Shown here: positions 42,101 through 64,000 of the stretch, in pieces
Position numbering within the stretch: the stretch's first letter is position 1
Layout: every line of letters starts with the position of its first letter
NCBI RefSeq assembly: GCF_964204645.1
Contig: NC_134026.1
Span: 28,368,150-28,432,149, forward strand
DNA length: 64,000 bases
Source: Tubulanus polymorphus
Lineage: Eukaryota > Animalia > Nemertea
Direction: 5' to 3'
The notes under the pieces: model-generated
Database searches by the model: none
Seen by the model: only the letters and a program-made list of their open reading frames with translations
What the model was told of the DNA's origin: nothing
Translations under genes and position numbers: made by a program

Positions 42101-45100
42101 GCATTACAATAGTCTACCGCACGGCGACACTGCGCGCCAGCCGTGTGGATGGATCAAGACCCGGTCTATTATGCGGCGAAGGTTCTACGTCTCCAGGGCA
42201 AACAGACAACATACTGCCAGCCGCCAACCGACTAACGTCAATAGATTTCAACACTCGACACAGATGCCTAGCTTGCGTGTATAATGATGTAGTGGTATTG
42301 CCCGTTTGTCGTGTATACTCTCAGATCAATAATATGTTCACAAATTAATCTCAATCCGCAGTGACCTACCACAATAGGTTTTCAATGACTGCGCTATACA
42401 ACCTACAGCGACAGGGTCATACAGTGGCACAATAAAAAAAAAGAAAAGACATCGAAGCTATGAACGCAAATGAGCAAAATACGCCGTTCTGCTCGTTTCA
42501 CATTTTCTAGATACTTAGGCTGAGGAACTACAAGGGTTTTTAACGCTATCTAAACACGATCTTTTATGTTCTAAGTTTCATGTCGATGGAAATAAATATA
42601 TAAATGTGAATAAAGCGTTTTTCGACCGATGTCTGCCGTATAACCGACTTACCTTTTCTCGAAAAGCCCGGAAGTCCAATCGTAAGGCTGAACAAACCAT
42701 TTGCCGAGTCGGACGAAACTGTGCGACAACAAACACCTTCAATTTAGAAAAAAAAAAAAAAAAGAAGTTGATTAACGCGATAATCAATTACGAGATAAGA
42801 TATTCTATATTGTGATTCGGTTACCACAGCTACGAGACAAGCCTTATTAATAAAGCTTCATTTTTTTTTCTAGGACAAACGTATTTATTTGCATCACCAT
42901 GGTATCAGTGTATGTGTGACATTATGATGCACACGTATCAACTGCACAAATTTCGTTCACACACACACACACAACTGCAATCTCACTAGCCTCCGGTGAT
43001 TACAGCTAATAAATAGATTATGTGACTGAATAACTGTGCAGTACACCGGAGGAACCCGTAGATTGAGTTGTCATCTCTCTTATACGTCGATACAATATAC
43101 ATATTGTTCAACATGAACCAACCCTCGATGACTGCGTTACGCCGACTAGACTCTGATGACTATAAGTTGAAACAGATACACAAACGACACAATAGACAAA
43201 TAAACAATTCGCTCTCAATGCGGTAAAATACTAAATATTCCAGATGATTGATGGCGTAAGATTAAATTAAATAGTTTTTTTCTAAAATCCATTAAATCGC
43301 TATCTCAGTACGCGATCGACATTTCTGGTAATATCAAAACACACTCTAATCGTATCAGTTTACCATATAAAGATGAATTTGACATAGAAAATGGCAGCTC
43401 AATTGAAAATGAACAAGAGTTTATTCAGATTTTCAGAGTATTAAGATATTTTTGGGTAGCACGTAGTTGAGCTCGAATAGTAGTGGTAGTTAGGTCCCCG
43501 TCGAAATAATCCACCCTGGTGAATATGCGACCGACCGGGTTATATTAAAGATCGTGGCTGCGAATAGCCGCGAATCACTCACTGAATAGATCATTGTATG
43601 ATAATGGAGTTAGTGGATGTAATTAAGGATTCGGGCTAAAGCAGAGCGTGCAAGACTTTGATTTATCTAGCCATCAGCGACGATAGTCGAATGACAACTG
43701 CGGTGCACGTCCTAAACATGTACGCGCTGACAATACCGAAGTATAGCGCTGTTTTTTTCTACTTATTGGCGCTATTTTGCTGATCAATTTAATTCGCCAC
43801 TCGAAAAAAACTACCAGGCGTCAATAGCAATAGGATCGTCGATCTAATCAGTGTATGTTTATATGCACGACTTCAGATTAAGATTATGAATGATCGCGCA
43901 TAATGTAAGATTAATCAATTTCTAGTGTCTTCACCGTGAAGATGGTCGGTTGAAGAAGACGGTCGGTTGGTTGGTCGTGTATTTCAATACCGTGACGAGA
44001 CGCATCTATTCGTCAACGCAACCATCGCGCTACTTCTGTTACAACTAAACTCAACGACGACAGACCATTGATGATTTATGGCCACCATGAAATGACTGCG
44101 ATCCCATCGGTAAAGTCATTGGCCTGCATCGCGGAGGGAAAATGCTTTTAACCGGGTATAACCACACTATACAAACTCAATTAATAGCAATTCATTAGTC
44201 CGAACGAGGACAAATAGATTCTTTATCAATTGCAGCTAATATGGACAATACATATTTTCTTAGGGCCCTAATTACTTGCGACTTTTTTTTAGGTATCAAT
44301 AAGGTTCAGGTACTCAGCTTGCCGGTTCAGGCCAGGCGGAAGATTCTTCACTTAAAACAGGACCGAAATTTCCGATTTTGTACAAATGAACTCGAACTAA
44401 AAATCTGTAAACAATTCTTATGTACTTCGATTTCTCATCTTTGCCCCATTTCATTCCCAGCAAGTGTATAGGACCAACATTGAAAATAACATGTTTTAAG
44501 AACAAGCGCCAAGATATTTTCTTCTTATCAGTAATTCACACAATGCTAATATGGACTGATTGATTATAACTGGTATCCCAGGTACGATCAATCTCAGTGA
44601 GATCTTTTAATGATGAACAATACATCTAAAGTTCCTGGTAAGCACATTTAACTGGTATTTAATGGGGGGAGACGAGGAGGTGTTTGTTTCACTTCCTGCA
44701 ATGCCTAATCAACAATACAACTGATGCATCATAATATCGAATTTCCCAATAGTATCATCATCAGATAATACACCAGATTCAGGAAAAAGAAAATCAAATC
44801 AATATCGCCACAAAAACAATTTTACATACAGGGTTATTACAGATCAAAGAATCCAAAATTCTCTGATATTTCCCTGACCCTCGACCAGGGAAAATAAGTC
44901 CGGAATTCCCCAATCAGCTGCCTACCTATAGATACGTAGAATACATCAAAAAATCACAGGCAAAGTGATAAATTTAATCAATGTTTGTTTCAGTAAAGCG
45001 TTAAATTCATACCTCTCAATGAGATTATGCAAGGCTTTGAATAACAACGTTCGACACTCGTAAGACAATCCATTATCCCAGGTTCCGCGATCAAGTTCTA

Positions 45101-47112
45101 AAACAGAAGGAAAGAGAAAGATATTAAACCGATAAATCAATTCAGCATCTGATCATACATAACGTTATTGTCCAGCTTCTAAAAAAAAAGTTTAACTCGC
45201 AATATTGGTTTAATCGTTTTCAATAAGTTTTACACACATTTTCATGAAACTGGACACAATCTAGGAATTATACTCAAACAGATGGTTCAGGTCACTTCTC
45301 GACAAGAGGCAAAATAATCATCGAACCTACCATTTGCCGACGTTCAGTAGGTTGGGAAATTTTCAAAATAATTTATAAAAACATCTCGCGCTCAAAAAAG
45401 ATCCACTACTCAAACTCACACAAGTTACCATATTATATAAGTTGTTTTAGTCCCAATTTGTATTTCTAATTCAATCCACTAAATGGAAGATGTCATTCGG
45501 GTATCAACATAATGATGGTCTAACGTATTAAGTTATGTTGTGATGACTTGAGTTCGATCGTAGTTGAATTTTGCTCGCGTTTTGTTGCGTTTCATTCACC
45601 ACGAGGAGAACCACGTTGTTTACACTATCGGTAGATTCAGGTTAACATGTAAATGGCACATATTACACAGTGCACTCCATACAACACACACAGGTGATCA
45701 TAATATCCAACAGCTTTAAACTGCAAGCACTGAAAACATCCTTCCACTCATAAACATACTCTTCTCAGCAATGCTTACTTAACAACACAACGTTCGTTTT
45801 AGATACCATATCTTCAGCCCAATACAATGGAGCTACTCTGACGAATTAAAATGAAGCGTTACCGATGAGGCGTAAAGATTTGGTATCATTTCTCGGATAC
45901 GTGGACCAGACTACCTGACGTATCTTAAATTGGGCAAAAGTCGGATATTAGTAGAAATAGCGCAGACTATTATCACCTAACCTCACCATATTCTAAACCC
46001 GAACCAATGCACATGAATAGCACTATTTCTCACCTATATCTAACTTGCGCCGTAATGTTTCTTATTTCTATATTTTTGGGAGAAGTCGAACTACTCTCAA
46101 ATAGTAGTCTCCTAATCCGGTGCCTCGATGAGATGGTTATTTGATTTTACTTACGCGTTAAATCCTTCGATATCAATTCATCGATATTCGTCGGCTCGTC
46201 TTTGCCGTACCAGAATATCCACAATTCTTTGCCGTGTGACAATTCGGCCGGTCCTCTGTGATGAACGCTGGCTCGAGGAACCCTCTTCCAGATGCAGAGG
46301 ATATCATTCTGGATGCACCGACTGAACGTCAGCAGCACTGGATCGTCCAGGGGATCCACTAACAATACGTTATCGTTTTCAGCACATAGCTTCCTCCATT
46401 TGATTCCTGTCAAATCAGTCTGAAATATATATGATGATTAACGTTAAGCTCGTATGATACAAATTACCCGAAATAATCCTATTATTTAGCCGTGACAGCA
46501 ATCCAATACCAGTCAAAAGCCGTTCTATCTAGCTATAGTATAGCAACGGCAAAAACATATTCCAAACGAATCTAAAATAGCGTTCAAAGAAATCAATATC
46601 CAAAAAATATTCTCTGTCAATCAGTCAAGCAATGCATGTGTACTGGAATAAGAAAGTTCAAGGGTAGCACTTCAAGTGTCCAACATACCGCCAATAATGC
46701 CTAAACCCTTAGTTTTGCTATCATAAGCACACAGCAGAAAGGTGGACTGAACTGCAGTCTTTCCCTACCAATATTTGATTCCGGCTAAAATAATCTATCG
46801 ATGCTTTCATCCGATGTCAGTAGCGCTACCTAGATTTAGCATCTGTCAAAATGGGTCAACAATTTGGCATCGTTTACGAAATTTCAGTCACGTTCTCGCA
46901 AACAAAAAGACACCGAATCCCAATTCGAAATCACCCGAAAGATATTTCGCGCAGATACCGATAAATAACTAAATCATTGAGAACGAAACGGAAGAAGAGT
47001 TCATCATTTCACGTCAAACCAACGACACTATTTTGGAACTTACCAGTGCGAAGAGATTAGTGTAGCAATCCTCGAGACTACAGCCGTTTATCAGCGGATT
47101 TGGGTGACTCAT
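27180..47112 (-). CDS. MED13: Mediator of RNA polymerase II transcription subunit 13 (about 2126 aa)
   Basis: 24 phase-compatible exons (6381 nt): 47112-47044, 46419-46155, 45097-45013, 42736-42653, 39878-39733, 39412-39233, 38932-38518, 38060-37149, 36813-36473, 36136-36006, 35717-35621, 35442-35282, 34893-34721, 34298-33574, 32851-32729, 32025-31763, 31263-30954, 30875-30678, 30217-29991, 29869-29687, 29149-28517, 28170-27760, 27556-27441, 27312-27180. Hallmarks: [111 protein letters not shown]...[13 protein letters not shown]. Confidence 0.97.
31273..31377. repeat. Tandem duplication (about 58-bp period) beside a MED13 splice acceptor
   Basis: gggagaaaaaacactc(t/a)ttaattcctttcatctacattaattcact occurs at 31273 and 31331. 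Confidence 0.85.
31412..31449 (-). ncRNA. Degenerate Penelope-type minimal hammerhead motif
   Basis: Minus strand: uuc CUGAAGA U GACU ucagacg AGUC GAAA CAUU gaa, followed by AATAAA. Confidence 0.5.
40449..40506. repeat. 28-bp tandem repeat, two copies
   Basis: gcaacgtgccgcgcagatacagtacaca / gcaacgtgtccggcagatacagtacaca. Confidence 0.85.
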
Positions 47113-47411
47113 GGTCACTCCATGGTCTAATACGGGGTTCAAATATTTCGAAACCTAACTACGTGACGAATAGGTCCATAAATCGAGCTAAAACCGTCAA
47201 AATCATCCAGTAATTGCAGAAAATGGCGACGGTAATGGCGACTGTAAGAACAACAAGGCGGTAAGGAAAGACGCCTGTGATTCGCCAATTCACGTCACAT
47301 GATCGATATTGACCCATTAAATCCAAAATGGCGGCGCCCATGATCCGTCGAATTTTTAGCAGAAGCTGATGAGAAATTATTGCGTTTCGCAGCCGATTAT
47401 GAGCGTTGACG
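47113..47411. promoter_or_regulatory. Bidirectional promoter and 5'UTRs of MED13 and BLTP2
   Basis: Divergent ATGs at 47112 (-) and 47412 (+). CpG-rich. YY1-type motifs aaaatggcg at 47220 and 47325 and taatggcg at 47233; ccaat and cacgtcac at 47285-47298. Confidence 0.8.

Positions 47412-64000
<16,589 letters not shown>

Noticed and set aside
43152-43178. ctgatgactataagttgaaacag as a hammerhead
   Set aside because: CUGAUGA and GAAA are present, but stem II and the cleavage triplet are not formed.

Overview
AT-rich, intron-containing animal genomic DNA. The style suggests an invertebrate, probably a protostome or lophotrochozoan; the species cannot be identified from sequence alone. Gene models were rebuilt by hand from GT-AG sites and reading-frame phase. 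Four main genes: (1) the 3' part of a dystrotelin/dystrophin-family gene (+, 41-5496); (2) an uncharacterised 9-exon, 390-aa protein with a signal peptide, about three Ig-like domains and a GPI-type tail (+, 8105-19153); (3) MED13 (-, 47112-27180), with a probable ~3.9-kb 3'UTR rich in miRNA seed sites; (4) BLTP2/KIAA0100/hobbit (+, from 47412 past the window end), head-to-head with MED13 across 300 bp. A small secreted PAN/Apple-domain gene is nested antisense in BLTP2 intron 3. Non-genic highlights: a perfect 556-bp palindrome centred on (AT)95, several Penelope-type minimal hammerhead ribozyme motifs in introns, a tRNA-derived SINE split by a MITE, several MITE families, candidate in-frame microexons, uORFs on both sides of the bidirectional promoter, and RFX X-boxes. 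No prokaryotic-type systems (CRISPR, operons) are present. Most ORFs in the supplied track are exon fragments or shadows.
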